DNA of 64,000 bases from Escherichia coli (GCF_003018235.1 NZ_CP027437.1); one strand, 5' to 3'. Numbered from the stretch's first letter, positions 35,987-48,530 are shown. Numbers and translations: made by a program. The notes: generated by a model from the letters alone, not told the origin.

Positions 35987-36576
35987 TTGTGACCATAAAA
36001 CATTTATCAAAAATCTACTACTAGCATAGCAAAGCTACAATTAACATAACCTTAATAGCCCCAACATAAAGAACAATCTGAATAGCTGCTCTATTTATTT
36101 CCGCTTGTTTAAGTTAAATATTTCCGCGCATCGATTAAAGATGATGCGTCGTTTTCTGCGATGGGAATAGTCAAAAAAGAAAAACCAAGTCTTTTTTGAT
36201 GACAAAATGCAACCAAGAAAAAATTACTTTATTTTTTAATGAGATACAAAAAAAATTCCTTAACGAAAAATATATTATATATCGTCAACCCATGATCATG
36301 GTAGATTATTTTTTGAGCGCACACCCGCGGCTAACACCATTGCAATTAACAAATTTGCATCAATCCACCATCAATTTACACACATTATTATGTGATAATT
36401 GCCAACCGCTAAATATGCGTTTTGTTATCTATGTATAAAAACAGCAACTTCAATGTCTTAATGGCAGTTTTTCTTGATTTTAATCAGCATTCACCGCCAA
36501 TTTATTGGGCATATTTTTTCCTTAAGCTTTAGGAATTTTTTATTATTTACTTTGGGGCCTGGAGACAGGAAAAATT

Positions 36577-37962
36577 ATGCTGACATTCATTGAACTCCTT
36601 ATTGGGGTTGTGGTTATTGTGGGTGTAGCTCGCTACATCATTAAAGGGTATTCCGCCACTGGCGTGTTATTTGTCGGTGGCCTGTTATTGCTGATTATCA
36701 GTGCCATTATGGGGCACAAAGTGTTACCGTCCAGCCAGGCTTCAACAGGCTACAGCGCCACGGATATCGTTGAATACGTTAAAATATTGCTAATGAGCCG
36801 CGGCGGCGACCTCGGCATGATGATTATGATGCTGTGTGGCTTTGCCGCTTACATGACCCATATCGGCGCTAATGATATGGTGGTCAAGCTGGCGTCAAAA
36901 CCATTGCAGTATATTAACTCCCCTTACCTGCTGATGATTGCCGCCTATTTTGTCGCCTGTCTGATGTCTCTGGCCGTCTCTTCCGCGACCGGTCTGGGTG
37001 TTTTGCTGATGGCAACCCTGTTTCCGGTGATGGTAAACGTTGGTATCAGCCGTGGTGCAGCTGCTGCTATTTGTGCCTCCCCGGCGGCGATTATTCTCGC
37101 ACCGACTTCAGGGGATGTGGTGCTGGCGGCGCAGGCTTCCGAAATGTCGCTGATTGACTTCGCCTTCAAAACAACGCTGCCTATCTCAATTGCTGCAATT
37201 ATCGGCATGGCAATCGCCCACTTCTTCTGGCAACGTTATCTGGATAAAAAAGAACACATCTCTCATGAAATGTTAGATGTCAGTGAAATCACCACCACTG
37301 CCCCTGCGTTTTATGCCATTTTGCCGTTCACGCCGATCATCGGAGTGCTGATTTTTGACGGCAAATGGGGTCCGCAATTACACATCATCACTATTCTGGT
37401 GATTTGTATGCTGATTGCCTCCATTCTGGAGTTCATCCGCAGCTTTAATACCCAGAAAGTTTTCTCTGGTCTGGAAGTGGCTTATCGCGGGATGGCAGAT
37501 GCATTTGCAAACGTGGTGATGCTGCTGGTTGCCGCTGGGGTATTCGCTCAGGGGCTTAGCACCATCGGCTTTATTCAAAGTCTGATTTCTATCGCTACCT
37601 CGTTTGGTTCGGCGAGCATCATCCTGATGCTGGTATTGGTGATCCTGACAATGCTGGCGGCAGTCACGACCGGTTCAGGCAATGCGCCGTTTTATGCGTT
37701 TGTTGAGATGATCCCGAAACTGGCGCACTCTTCCGGCATTAACCCGGCGTATTTGACTATCCCAATGCTGCAGGCGTCAAACCTCGGCCGTACCCTGTCA
37801 CCCGTTTCTGGCGTAGTCGTTGCGGTTGCCGGGATGGCGAAAATCTCACCATTTGAAGTCGTAAAACGCACCTCGGTGCCGGTGCTTGTTGGGCTGGTGA
37901 TTGTTATCGTTGCTACAGAGCTGATGGTGCCAGGAACGGCAGCCGCGGTCACAGGCAAGTAA
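36577..37962 (+). CDS. dcuC: Anaerobic C4-dicarboxylate carrier
   Basis: 461-aa polytopic membrane ORF. Confidence 0.93.
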   Translation: MLTFIELLIGVVVIVGVARYIIKGYSATGVLFVGGLLLLIISAIMGHKVLPSSQASTGYSATDIVEYVKILLMSRGGDLGMMIMMLCGFAAYMTHIGANDMVVKLASKPLQYINSPYLLMIAAYFVACLMSLAVSSATGLGVLLMATLFPVMVNVGISRGAAAAICASPAAIILAPTSGDVVLAAQASEMSLIDFAFKTTLPISIAAIIGMAIAHFFWQRYLDKKEHISHEMLDVSEITTTAPAFYAILPFTPIIGVLIFDGKWGPQLHIITILVICMLIASILEFIRSFNTQKVFSGLEVAYRGMADAFANVVMLLVAAGVFAQGLSTIGFIQSLISIATSFGSASIILMLVLVILTMLAAVTTGSGNAPFYAFVEMIPKLAHSSGINPAYLTIPMLQASNLGRTLSPVSGVVVAVAGMAKISPFEVVKRTSVPVLVGLVIVIVATELMVPGTAAAVTGK

Positions 37963-37970
37963 ATAGTCAT

Positions 37971-37999
37971 GCCGGAGGCAAGTTTCCTCCGGCTTTATC
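37971..37999. terminator. Hairpin between convergent dcuC and dpiA
   Basis: GCCGGAGG-CAAGTTT-CCTCCGGC followed by TTTATCA. Confidence 0.55.
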
Positions 38000-38002
38000 A
38001 TG

Positions 38003-38683
38003 TCACCCACTGTGGTATATGCGTTGCGGTCTGCCAACTTTGCCGTGAACAATTTCAGCAATAATCAGATGGCGGCTGGCGCAATATTCAAGATAACGTC
38101 TGGCAGTGGTGCGGCTGATAGTCAGTGCCTGCGCCACCGTTTCTGCCGTATGTTGCACACCAGGCTCTTTAAACAGTTTTCGCACTGCGTTTAGCGTCAA
38201 GGGGTCAATGCCGGTCGGCAGTTCGTCTTTGGGTTCACCGCGAGCATAGGCATTAAACATCTCATCAATTTGCTTCTGGCTGGCGCTATCAATACTTTCC
38301 AGCATATGTTTACGCTGGCGGAAGCGGGTTAGCGTTTGCCCCAGCCGTTCATAGGCAATTGGCTTAATGAGATAATCAAATACACCACAACGTACGGCTT
38401 CAGACACCGTTTCCATATCACTGGCTGCAGTGGTAAACACCACGTCGCCGGGATAATGCGCCTGCACCAGTTCATGCAGTAAATTAATCCCTCTACCGTC
38501 AGGAAGATAGTTATCAAGCAAGATTAGCCCCGGCTTAAAACGCTCGATCATCATTCGGGCCTGCGCCAGGTTTCCCGCCAGTAATATCTGACTGAATCCG
38601 GGAATGTGACGAATATATTCCGCATGCATCTCTGCCAGCGGCGTTTCGTCCTCAACGATCAATAGGGTTAATGGAGCTGTCAT
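38003..38683 (-). CDS. dpiA: Two-component response regulator DpiA (CitB)
   Basis: 226-aa ORF with receiver domain (LLIVEDETPL, conserved Asp) and C-terminal HTH. Confidence 0.93.
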   Translation of the reverse strand: MTAPLTLLIVEDETPLAEMHAEYIRHIPGFSQILLAGNLAQARMMIERFKPGLILLDNYLPDGRGINLLHELVQAHYPGDVVFTTAASDMETVSEAVRCGVFDYLIKPIAYERLGQTLTRFRQRKHMLESIDSASQKQIDEMFNAYARGEPKDELPTGIDPLTLNAVRKLFKEPGVQHTAETVAQALTISRTTARRYLEYCASRHLIIAEIVHGKVGRPQRIYHSG

Positions 38684-40310
38684 TAGGTTTCACTTTCGGA
38701 ATATAGATTGAAAATAAGGTACCGCAGGGATCATTATCTTCGAGAGTGATAACACCACCGCAGCGCGTTACGTAGCTGGCAATCAAGTACAACCCAATGC
38801 CATGTTCGCCGGGCTCGTCAGCACGCGTACTGACACCCTGCTCAAATATTTTGTCTCGTAGAGACTCTGGAACGCCGCAGCCCTGATCGGCGACTTCAAT
38901 CACCACATCATCGCCTTCATCGCTGAGGAATAATTCAACGATCTTGTTTCCTTCATCGCTACGCAGGCTGGCTTCGAAGGCGTTATCAAGTAAATTGCCC
39001 ACAATGGCTGCAAACTCGGTGCTGTCCAGTCCTGGCGGCAGTTGCGAAAGCTGACTTCCGGGGACGATGACCATTTTTAGCCCCAGTTCGCGGGCGCGCT
39101 GCACTTTACCAAAAAGCAGCCCCGCCACCTGGCGATCGGCAAACGCCTCGCGCAGGCTATCAATAAGCTGTTGCTGGGCCTGAGACTCCCCCTGCACCAT
39201 CGCCAACACGCGATCATACTCTTTCATCTGCAACAGACCATTGAGCGTCGACATCCAATTGAGATGCTCGTGTCGCAATGTGCGCAGGCTCTCGACGTAT
39301 TGTTTAATTTGCGTCAGTTGCGCATTGAGGGTGGATATTTCGTCTTTACTACGAAAGCTGATAATGGCCCCCAGCAAATCATCACCAGAACGAATAGCTT
39401 CCCGGTTGGCAATAACGCTCAGACCGTTAAAGTTCGCCACCACATCCTGACGTTTTTCATCAATCTGTTCGGTAAAGAAATCGGCGGGCCTGACCACTTC
39501 AGCAATGGGTTTACCCAACCATTGCCGTCCGGGGGAACTCAGACCCAGCATCTTTCTTGCGTTACGATTGATGGCGGTAATGTAACCATGCGGATCCACC
39601 GCAATGAGCCCTTCATAAACCGAACTAAACAGCGCCTCTTGCTGACGGACCACGCGTGCGATTTGCTTTGGCTCCATGCCCATCATCTGCCGACGGATAT
39701 GCGCGGCCAGGAACCACGATAGCAACATCAGAATCCCTAACAGCACGACAAACACGCCAGCCATCGGTAATAAAAACTCAGCCCGCCAGCTATCGATTTT
39801 ACTCACCAGGTAGCCAATCGACACCACGCCGATGACTTTTCCATCGTCATCAAAGATTGGCGTTTTGGCACGCATCGCCATGCCAATTGACCCTTTCCCG
39901 GTGATGAAGTAGCTCTCCCCTTTCTCCAGCGCGCCCGGTTTGGTGAACTGCATAGGATAACCAATTTTCTCCGGATTAGGATGGTAAAGACGAATCGAGT
40001 GGCGATCGCCAATCACCACATAATCGAAATCAGTATCTCTTTGTAATTTATCAGCGATGGTCGCCAGCCTCTTGTAGTCACGCGTTTTCACTGCGCTGAT
40101 GATACTGTCATTAGAAGCAATAATTTTTGCCTGATTCATTGCCATGTCGCGCACATGAAGCGTTAAATAGTCCTCAAAACTGGCCGTAAAATATTGCGCC
40201 AGGGCTGCAATGACAAATATTGAGAACACCAGAATCAGCAAAAAGATACGCAGCGGAAATGCCAGTCTTTGGAAAAATGCAAACTGTTTATTCTCGTTAA
40301 GCTGCAACAT
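38652..40310 (-). CDS. dpiB: Citrate-sensing histidine kinase DpiB (CitA)
   Basis: 552-aa protein from MLQLNENKQFAFFQRL; two TM segments, periplasmic sensor, PAS and kinase core; track ORF has a 20-codon extension. Confidence 0.93.
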   Translation of the reverse strand: MLQLNENKQFAFFQRLAFPLRIFLLILVFSIFVIAALAQYFTASFEDYLTLHVRDMAMNQAKIIASNDSIISAVKTRDYKRLATIADKLQRDTDFDYVVIGDRHSIRLYHPNPEKIGYPMQFTKPGALEKGESYFITGKGSIGMAMRAKTPIFDDDGKVIGVVSIGYLVSKIDSWRAEFLLPMAGVFVVLLGILMLLSWFLAAHIRRQMMGMEPKQIARVVRQQEALFSSVYEGLIAVDPHGYITAINRNARKMLGLSSPGRQWLGKPIAEVVRPADFFTEQIDEKRQDVVANFNGLSVIANREAIRSGDDLLGAIISFRSKDEISTLNAQLTQIKQYVESLRTLRHEHLNWMSTLNGLLQMKEYDRVLAMVQGESQAQQQLIDSLREAFADRQVAGLLFGKVQRARELGLKMVIVPGSQLSQLPPGLDSTEFAAIVGNLLDNAFEASLRSDEGNKIVELFLSDEGDDVVIEVADQGCGVPESLRDKIFEQGVSTRADEPGEHGIGLYLIASYVTRCGGVITLEDNDPCGTLFSIYIPKVKPNDSSINPIDR

Positions 40311-40370
40311 TGTTTTCCTTGCGGGTTGTCCCGAGCCTCTTTGACGAATGTAATTAAAATGTTGAATCAA

Positions 40371-40689
40371 AATACATAGATATTAAATATAATCGTGGCA
40401 AATTTTATTCATTAAATCAATTAAATCACTTAAAACTGCGGGTCATTTCGTAATTACATTAATTAAAAAACTTAAAACCATTAAATAAATAAAAAACCAC
40501 TAACTCTATGTGAAATAAATCAAAATTTCACGCTGCAATACTCCTTAGGATGTATAGCGAAAGGAGAAAAAGATATACCTCGATCGCCCCCCTTTCTCCC
40601 AAGTAAAAATAAAAGGTTATCAGTTTGCAACATCGAACAACATTCGTTGCAAATCGATAACAACATGCACCTTCAGGATACTATTTATT
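40371..40689. promoter_or_regulatory. Divergent dpiB / citC control region (AT-rich, motif-repeat laden)
   Basis: 319-bp spacer with iterated TTAAAT/CATTAAAT motifs and a 22-bp palindrome GTGAAATAAATCAAAATTTCAC (40510-40531). Confidence 0.5.
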
Positions 40690-41748
40690 ATGTTCGGCAA
40701 TGATATTTTCACCCGTGTAAAACGTTCAGAAAATAAAAAAATGGCGGAAATCGCCCAATTCCTGCATGAAAATGATTTGAGCGTTGACACCACAGTCGAA
40801 GTATTTATTACCGTAACCCGCGATGAAAAGCTTATCGCGTGCGGTGGAATTGCCGGAAATATTATTAAATGCGTTGCTATCAGTGAATCCGTTCGCGGTG
40901 AAGGACTGGCGCTGACATTAGCCACCGAGCTAATTAACCTCGCCTATGAGCGGCACAGCACGCATCTGTTTATTTATACCAAAACCGAATACGAGGCGCT
41001 GTTCCGCCAGTGCGGTTTTTCCACGCTGACCAGCGTACCCGGCGTGATGGTGCTGATGGAAAACAGCGCCACGCGACTGAAACGCTATGCCGAATCGCTG
41101 AAAAAATTTCGTCATCCAGGGAACAAGATTGGCTGCATTGTGATGAACGCCAATCCCTTTACGAATGGTCACCGTTATCTGATTCAACAGGCTGCAGCAC
41201 AGTGCGACTGGTTGCATCTGTTTTTAGTTAAAGAAGATTCTTCACGCTTTCCCTATGAAGACCGGCTGGATCTGGTGTTAAAAGGCACCGCCGATATTCC
41301 ACGCCTGACTGTGCATCGCGGCTCCGAATACATCATCTCCCGCGCTACGTTCCCTTGCTACTTCATTAAAGAACAGAGCGTCATTAACCATTGTTACACC
41401 GAAATTGATCTGAAGATTTTCCGTCAGTACCTCGCTCCCGCGCTGGGTGTAACTCACCGCTTTGTCGGTACTGAACCCTTTTGTCGCGTTACCGCCCAGT
41501 ACAACCAGGATATGCGCTACTGGCTGGAAACGCCGACTATCTCCGCACCGCCCATCGAACTGGTTGAAATTGAGCGGCTGCGTTACCAGGAGATGCCGAT
41601 ATCCGCTTCCCGGGTACGTCAACTGCTGGCGAAAAACGATCTCACGGCTATCGCGCCGCTGGTCCCTGCAGTCACGCTGCATTATTTGCAGAACCTGCTT
41701 GAGCACTCCCGCCAGGACGCGGCAGCTCGTCAAAAGACCCCCGCATGA
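40690..41748 (+). CDS. citC: [Citrate lyase] ligase (acetate:SH-citrate lyase ligase)
   Basis: 352-aa ORF; first gene of the cit cluster. Confidence 0.93.
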   Translation: MFGNDIFTRVKRSENKKMAEIAQFLHENDLSVDTTVEVFITVTRDEKLIACGGIAGNIIKCVAISESVRGEGLALTLATELINLAYERHSTHLFIYTKTEYEALFRQCGFSTLTSVPGVMVLMENSATRLKRYAESLKKFRHPGNKIGCIVMNANPFTNGHRYLIQQAAAQCDWLHLFLVKEDSSRFPYEDRLDLVLKGTADIPRLTVHRGSEYIISRATFPCYFIKEQSVINHCYTEIDLKIFRQYLAPALGVTHRFVGTEPFCRVTAQYNQDMRYWLETPTISAPPIELVEIERLRYQEMPISASRVRQLLAKNDLTAIAPLVPAVTLHYLQNLLEHSRQDAAARQKTPA

Positions 41749-41762
41749 GAAACAGGTGAAAA

Positions 41763-42059
41763 ATGAAAATAAACCAGCCCGCCGTTGCAGGCACCCTTGA
41801 GTCTGGGGATGTGATGATACGCATCGCCCCACTCGATACGCAGGATATCGACCTGCAAATCAACAGCAGCGTTGAGAAACAGTTTGGCGATGCCATTCGC
41901 ACCACCATTCTGGACGTTCTCGCCCGCTACAACGTGCGCGGCGTACAGCTGAATGTCGATGACAAAGGCGCACTGGACTGCATTTTACGTGCACGACTGG
42001 AAGCCCTGCTGGCACGCGCCAGCGGTATCCCGGCTCTGCCATGGGAGGATTGCCAATGA
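41763..42059 (+). CDS. citD: Citrate lyase acyl carrier protein (gamma subunit)
   Basis: 98-aa ORF; prosthetic-group serine in ...TLESGDV... Confidence 0.93.
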
Positions 42060-42964
42060 TTTCCGCTTCGCTGCAACAACGTAAAACTCGCACCCGCCGC
42101 AGCATGTTGTTTGTGCCTGGTGCCAATGCCGCGATGGTCAGCAACTCCTTCATCTACCCGGCTGATGCCCTGATGTTTGACCTCGAAGACTCCGTGGCTT
42201 TGCGTGAAAAAGACACCGCCCGCCGCATGGTTTACCACGCGCTGCAACATCCGCTGTATCGCGATATTGAAACCATTGTGCGTGTCAACGCGCTGGATTC
42301 CGAATGGGGTGTCAACGACCTGGAAGCCGTCGTTCGCGGTGGTGCGGACGTTGTGCGTCTGCCGAAAACCGATACCGCTCAGGATGTTCTGGATATCGAA
42401 AAAGAGATCCTGCGTATCGAAAAAGCCTGTGGTCGTGAACCCGGCAGCACCGGCCTGCTGGCGGCGATTGAATCTCCGCTGGGGATTACCCGCGCAGTGG
42501 AAATCGCTCACGCTTCCGAGCGTTTGATCGGTATCGCCCTCGGTGCAGAAGACTATGTGCGCAACCTGCGTACAGAACGCTCCCCGGAAGGAACTGAACT
42601 GCTGTTCGCTCGCTGCTCCATTTTGCAGGCCGCGCGCTCTGCGGGTATTCAGGCGTTCGATACCGTCTATTCCGACGCTAACAACGAAGCCGGATTCCTG
42701 CAAGAAGCCGCCCACATCAAACAGCTGGGCTTTGACGGCAAATCGCTGATCAACCCGCGTCAGATTGATCTGCTGCACAACCTCTACGCACCGACCCAGA
42801 AAGAAGTGGATCACGCCCGCCGCGTCGTAGAAGCCGCTGAAGCCGCCGCTCGCGAAGGCCTCGGCGTAGTTTCCCTGAACGGCAAGATGGTGGACGGTCC
42901 GGTTATCGATCGCGCCCGTCTGGTGCTCTCCCGCGCAGAACTTTCCGGCATCCGCGAAGAATAA
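42056..42964 (+). CDS. citE: Citrate lyase beta subunit (citryl-ACP lyase)
   Basis: 302-aa protein from ATG 42056 ([10 protein letters not shown]...); 4-bp overlap with citD. Confidence 0.93.
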
Positions 42965-42974
42965 GGCAATCAAA

Positions 42975-44507
42975 ATGACGCAGAAAATTGAACAATCTCA
43001 ACGACAAGAACGGGTAGCGGCCTGGAATCGTCGCGCTGAATGCGATCTTGCCGCTTTCCAGAACTCGCCAAAGCAAACCTACCAGGCTGAAAAAGCGCGC
43101 GATCGCAAACTGTGCGCCAACCTGGAAGAAGCGATTCGTCGCTCTGGTTTACAGGACGGCATGACGGTTTCCTTCCATCACGCTTTCCGTGGCGGTGACC
43201 TGACCGTCAATATGGTGATGGACGTCATCGCGAAGATGGGCTTTAAAAACCTGACTCTGGCCTCCAGCTCCCTGAGTGATTGCCATGCGCCGCTGGTAGA
43301 ACACATTCGCCAGGGCGTGGTTACCCGCATTTATACCTCTGGCCTGCGCGGTCCACTGGCGGAAGAAATCTCCCGTGGTCTGCTGGCGGAACCGGTGCAA
43401 ATCCACTCTCACGGCGGACGTGTGCATCTGGTACAGAGCGGCGAACTGAATATCGACGTGGCTTTCCTCGGCGTCCCGTCCTGTGATGAATTCGGCAATG
43501 CCAACGGCTACACCGGTAAAGCCTGCTGCGGCTCCCTCGGCTATGCAATGGTTGATGCCGACAACGCGAAACAGGTTGTGATGCTCACTGAAGAACTGCT
43601 GCCTTATCCGCATAATCCGGCAAGCATTGAGCAAGATCAGGTTGATCTGATCGTCAAAGTTGATCGCGTTGGCGATGCCGCGAAAATCGGCGCTGGCGCG
43701 ACCCGTATGACCACTAACCCGCGCGAACTGCTTATTGCCCGTAGCGCTGCGGATGTGATTGTCAACTCTGGCTACTTCAAAGAAGGTTTCTCCATGCAGA
43801 CCGGCACCGGCGGCGCATCGCTGGCGGTAACCCGTTTCCTGGAAGACAAAATGCGTAGCCGCGATATTCGCGCCGACTTCGCCCTTGGCGGTATTACCGC
43901 AACGATGGTTGATCTGCACGAAAAAGGGCTGATCCGCAAACTGCTGGATGTACAGAGCTTTGACAGCCACGCTGCACAATCGCTGGCCCGTAACCCCAAT
44001 CACATCGAAATCAGCGCCAACCAGTACGCTAACTGGGGTTCAAAAGGCGCATCGGTTGATCGTCTCGACGTGGTGGTACTGAGCGCGCTGGAAATTGACA
44101 CCCAGTTCAACGTTAACGTGCTGACCGGCTCTGACGGCGTACTGCGTGGTGCTTCCGGTGGTCACTGCGATACCGCGATTGCCTCTGCGCTTTCCATCAT
44201 CGTCGCGCCGCTGGTACGCGGTCGTATTCCGACTCTGGTGGATAACGTGCTGACCTGCATCACCCCGGGCTCCAGTGTCGATATTCTGGTCACTGACCAC
44301 GGTATCGCAGTTAACCCGGCACGTCCGGAGCTGGCAGAACGTCTGCAGGAAGCGGGGATCAAAGTGGTTTCTATTGAGTGGCTGCGTGAACGTGCGCGTC
44401 TGCTGACCGGTGAACCACAGCCGATTGAATTCACCGACCGCGTCGTTGCCGTTGTGCGTTACCGCGATGGCTCGGTGATCGATGTTGTGCATCAGGTGAA
44501 GGAATAA
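42975..44507 (+). CDS. citF: Citrate lyase alpha subunit (citrate CoA-transferase)
   Basis: 510-aa ORF downstream of citE. Confidence 0.94.
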   Translation: MTQKIEQSQRQERVAAWNRRAECDLAAFQNSPKQTYQAEKARDRKLCANLEEAIRRSGLQDGMTVSFHHAFRGGDLTVNMVMDVIAKMGFKNLTLASSSLSDCHAPLVEHIRQGVVTRIYTSGLRGPLAEEISRGLLAEPVQIHSHGGRVHLVQSGELNIDVAFLGVPSCDEFGNANGYTGKACCGSLGYAMVDADNAKQVVMLTEELLPYPHNPASIEQDQVDLIVKVDRVGDAAKIGAGATRMTTNPRELLIARSAADVIVNSGYFKEGFSMQTGTGGASLAVTRFLEDKMRSRDIRADFALGGITATMVDLHEKGLIRKLLDVQSFDSHAAQSLARNPNHIEISANQYANWGSKGASVDRLDVVVLSALEIDTQFNVNVLTGSDGVLRGASGGHCDTAIASALSIIVAPLVRGRIPTLVDNVLTCITPGSSVDILVTDHGIAVNPARPELAERLQEAGIKVVSIEWLRERARLLTGEPQPIEFTDRVVAVVRYRDGSVIDVVHQVKE

Positions 44508-44510
44508 GCC

Positions 44511-45915
<1,405 letters not shown>

Positions 45916-45965
45916 TTATTTAAGCACTTGATAAATTTGGAAATATTAATTTTCGGAGAACCCGT

Positions 45966-47429
45966 ATGTCTTTAGCAAAAGATAATATATGGAAACTATT
46001 GGCCCCACTGGTGGTGATGGGCGTCATGTTTCTTATCCCTGTCCCCGACGGTATGCCACCGCAGGCATGGCATTACTTCGCTGTGTTTGTGGCAATGATT
46101 GTCGGCATGATCCTCGAGCCAATTCCGGCAACAGCGATCAGTTTTATTGCGGTTACTATTTGCGTTATTGGCAGTAATTACCTGCTCTTTGATGCCAAAG
46201 AATTAGCTGACCCAGCGTTTAATGCGCAAAAACAGGCGCTGAAATGGGGTCTGGCTGGTTTTTCCAGCACCACGGTATGGCTGGTATTTGGCGCATTTAT
46301 TTTTGCATTAGGGTATGAAGTTTCCGGGTTAGGCCGTCGTATTGCCCTTTTCCTGGTGAAATTCATGGGCAAACGCACGCTGACGTTGGGTTATGCGATT
46401 GTCATTATCGACATTCTGCTGGCACCGTTTACACCGTCCAACACCGCGCGTACCGGGGGTACGGTTTTTCCGGTCATTAAAAACCTGCCGCCGCTGTTTA
46501 AATCATTCCCGAACGATCCGTCCGCGCGTCGTATTGGCGGCTATTTGATGTGGATGATGGTCATTAGTACCAGTCTGAGTTCGTCCATGTTTGTCACCGG
46601 TGCGGCACCAAACGTGCTGGGTCTGGAGTTCGTCAGCAAAATTGCCGGTATCCAGATTAGCTGGTTGCAGTGGTTCCTCTGCTTCCTGCCGGTTGGGGTT
46701 ATCTTGCTTATCATTGCGCCGTGGCTTTCCTACGTGCTGTACAAACCGGAAATCACACACAGTGAAGAAGTGGCAACCTGGGCGGGTGATGAACTAAAAA
46801 CCATGGGTGCGCTGACACGCAGAGAGTGGACGCTGATTGGCCTTGTATTGCTCAGCTTAGGTTTGTGGGTATTTGGCAGTGAAGTCATTAATGCTACTGC
46901 GGTAGGTCTGCTGGCAGTTTCGCTAATGCTGGCCCTGCACGTTGTGCCGTGGAAAGACATTACCCGCTATAACAGCGCGTGGAACACACTGGTCAACCTG
47001 GCAACTCTGGTTGTGATGGCTAATGGCCTGACTCGTTCTGGTTTTATTGACTGGTTCGCCGGTACCATGAGTACGCACCTGGAAGGATTCTCACCAAACG
47101 CAACGGTGATTGTACTGGTTCTGGTGTTCTACTTTGCACACTACCTGTTTGCCAGCCTGTCTGCGCACACCGCAACCATGCTGCCGGTTATTCTGGCCGT
47201 CGGTAAAGGTATTCCGGGCGTACCAATGGAACAACTGTGTATTCTGCTGGTGCTGTCTATCGGTATCATGGGCTGTCTGACGCCGTATGCAACCGGTCCT
47301 GGGGTGATTATTTACGGCTGTGGCTATGTGAAATCAAAAGATTACTGGCGACTTGGTGCAATCTTCGGGGTGATTTACATCTCTATGCTGCTGTTGGTTG
47401 GCTGGCCGATTCTCGCCATGTGGAACTAA
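45966..47429 (+). CDS. citT: Citrate:succinate antiporter (DASS family)
   Basis: 487-aa polytopic membrane ORF at the end of the cit cluster. Confidence 0.93.
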   Translation: MSLAKDNIWKLLAPLVVMGVMFLIPVPDGMPPQAWHYFAVFVAMIVGMILEPIPATAISFIAVTICVIGSNYLLFDAKELADPAFNAQKQALKWGLAGFSSTTVWLVFGAFIFALGYEVSGLGRRIALFLVKFMGKRTLTLGYAIVIIDILLAPFTPSNTARTGGTVFPVIKNLPPLFKSFPNDPSARRIGGYLMWMMVISTSLSSSMFVTGAAPNVLGLEFVSKIAGIQISWLQWFLCFLPVGVILLIIAPWLSYVLYKPEITHSEEVATWAGDELKTMGALTRREWTLIGLVLLSLGLWVFGSEVINATAVGLLAVSLMLALHVVPWKDITRYNSAWNTLVNLATLVVMANGLTRSGFIDWFAGTMSTHLEGFSPNATVIVLVLVFYFAHYLFASLSAHTATMLPVILAVGKGIPGVPMEQLCILLVLSIGIMGCLTPYATGPGVIIYGCGYVKSKDYWRLGAIFGVIYISMLLLVGWPILAMWN

Positions 47430-47460
47430 TACGTTCGCCAAACGCTGAATAAATCATCAC

Positions 47461-47496
47461 GCCCGCCAGGTAAGCCCACCTGGCGGGCTTTTTTAT
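47461..47496 (+). terminator. Intrinsic terminator after citT
   Basis: GCCCGCCAGGTAAGCCCACCTGGCGGGC followed by TTTTTTAT. Confidence 0.8.
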
Positions 47497-47542
47497 GATT
47501 TAATAGATAGTATTCAGTATATGTATGAGTTCCACACCCATT

Positions 47543-48349
47543 ATGAAAGCATTCTGGCGTAACGCCGCGTTGCTCGCGGTTTCTCTGCTTCCCTTCTCTT
47601 CTGCCAACGCCGTGGCGTTGCAGGCAAAACAGTATGGCGATTTTGATCGCTATGTCCTGGCCCTCTCCTGGCAAACCGGATTTTGCCAGAGTCAACACGA
47701 TCGAAATCGTAACGAACGAGATGAATGTCGCCTGCAAACCGAAACGACCAACAAAGCTGATTTTCTGACCGTACATGGTCTGTGGCCAGGATTGCCTAAA
47801 TCGGTTGCTGCCCGTGGTGTTGATGAACGCCGCTGGATGCGCTTCGGTTGCGCTACCCGCCCAATCCCGAATCTACCAGAAGCGCGCGCCAGCCGAATGT
47901 GTTCATCGCCGGAAACTGGGTTATCGCTGGAAACGGCAGCTAAACTAAGTGAAGTCATGCCAGGAGCTGGCGGACGTTCCTGCCTGGAACGCTACGAATA
48001 TGCCAAACACGGTGCCTGCTTTGGTTTTGATCCAGACGCATACTTCGGCACGATGGTACGCCTGAATCAAGAAATTAAAGAGAGCGAAGCCGGAAAATTC
48101 CTTGCGGATAATTACGGTAAAACAGTGAGCCGCCGTGACTTTGACGCCGCCTTTGCCAAAAGCTGGGGAAAAGAGAACGTGAAAGCAGTTAAGCTAACGT
48201 GCCAGGGTAACCCTGCGTATTTGACTGAAATTCAGATCTCGATCAAAGCTGACGCCATCAACGCTCCGCTTTCTGCCAACTCATTCTTGCCACAACCACA
48301 CCCAGGCAACTGTGGCAAAACCTTTGTGATTGATAAAGCAGGTTATTAA
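47543..48349 (+). CDS. rna: Periplasmic ribonuclease I (RNase T2 family)
   Basis: 268-aa protein MKAFWRNAALLAVSLLPFSSANA (signal peptide); T2 motifs HGLWP and KHGAC. Confidence 0.93.
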   Translation: MKAFWRNAALLAVSLLPFSSANAVALQAKQYGDFDRYVLALSWQTGFCQSQHDRNRNERDECRLQTETTNKADFLTVHGLWPGLPKSVAARGVDERRWMRFGCATRPIPNLPEARASRMCSSPETGLSLETAAKLSEVMPGAGGRSCLERYEYAKHGACFGFDPDAYFGTMVRLNQEIKESEAGKFLADNYGKTVSRRDFDAAFAKSWGKENVKAVKLTCQGNPAYLTEIQISIKADAINAPLSANSFLPQPHPGNCGKTFVIDKAGY

Positions 48350-48496
48350 TCCTCTGATTTACAAAACACGCTAATTCGTCTTCCATAAACCATGACGATT
48401 AAGATTTATACATAATGCGCTACATTGAGGAATTCCCTGAATGTGACGCAAATCACTTCAAAGAGTGAGCAACAGTCAGTATCATCATGTGAGTTA

Positions 48497-48530
48497 AACC
48501 CTCGCCGCCTGACGGTGAGGGTTTTCTTTT
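48497..48530 (+). terminator. Hairpin plus T-run in the rna-rnk spacer
   Basis: AACCCTCGCC-GCCTGAC-GGTGAGGGTT followed by TTCTTTTG, about 50 bp upstream of rnk ATG. Confidence 0.55.

Noticed and set aside
36196-36438. 80-aa ORF in the pagP-dcuC intergenic region
   Set aside because: It sits in a very AT-rich 566-bp divergent promoter region, with a low-complexity translation and no RBS. More likely regulatory DNA than a gene.
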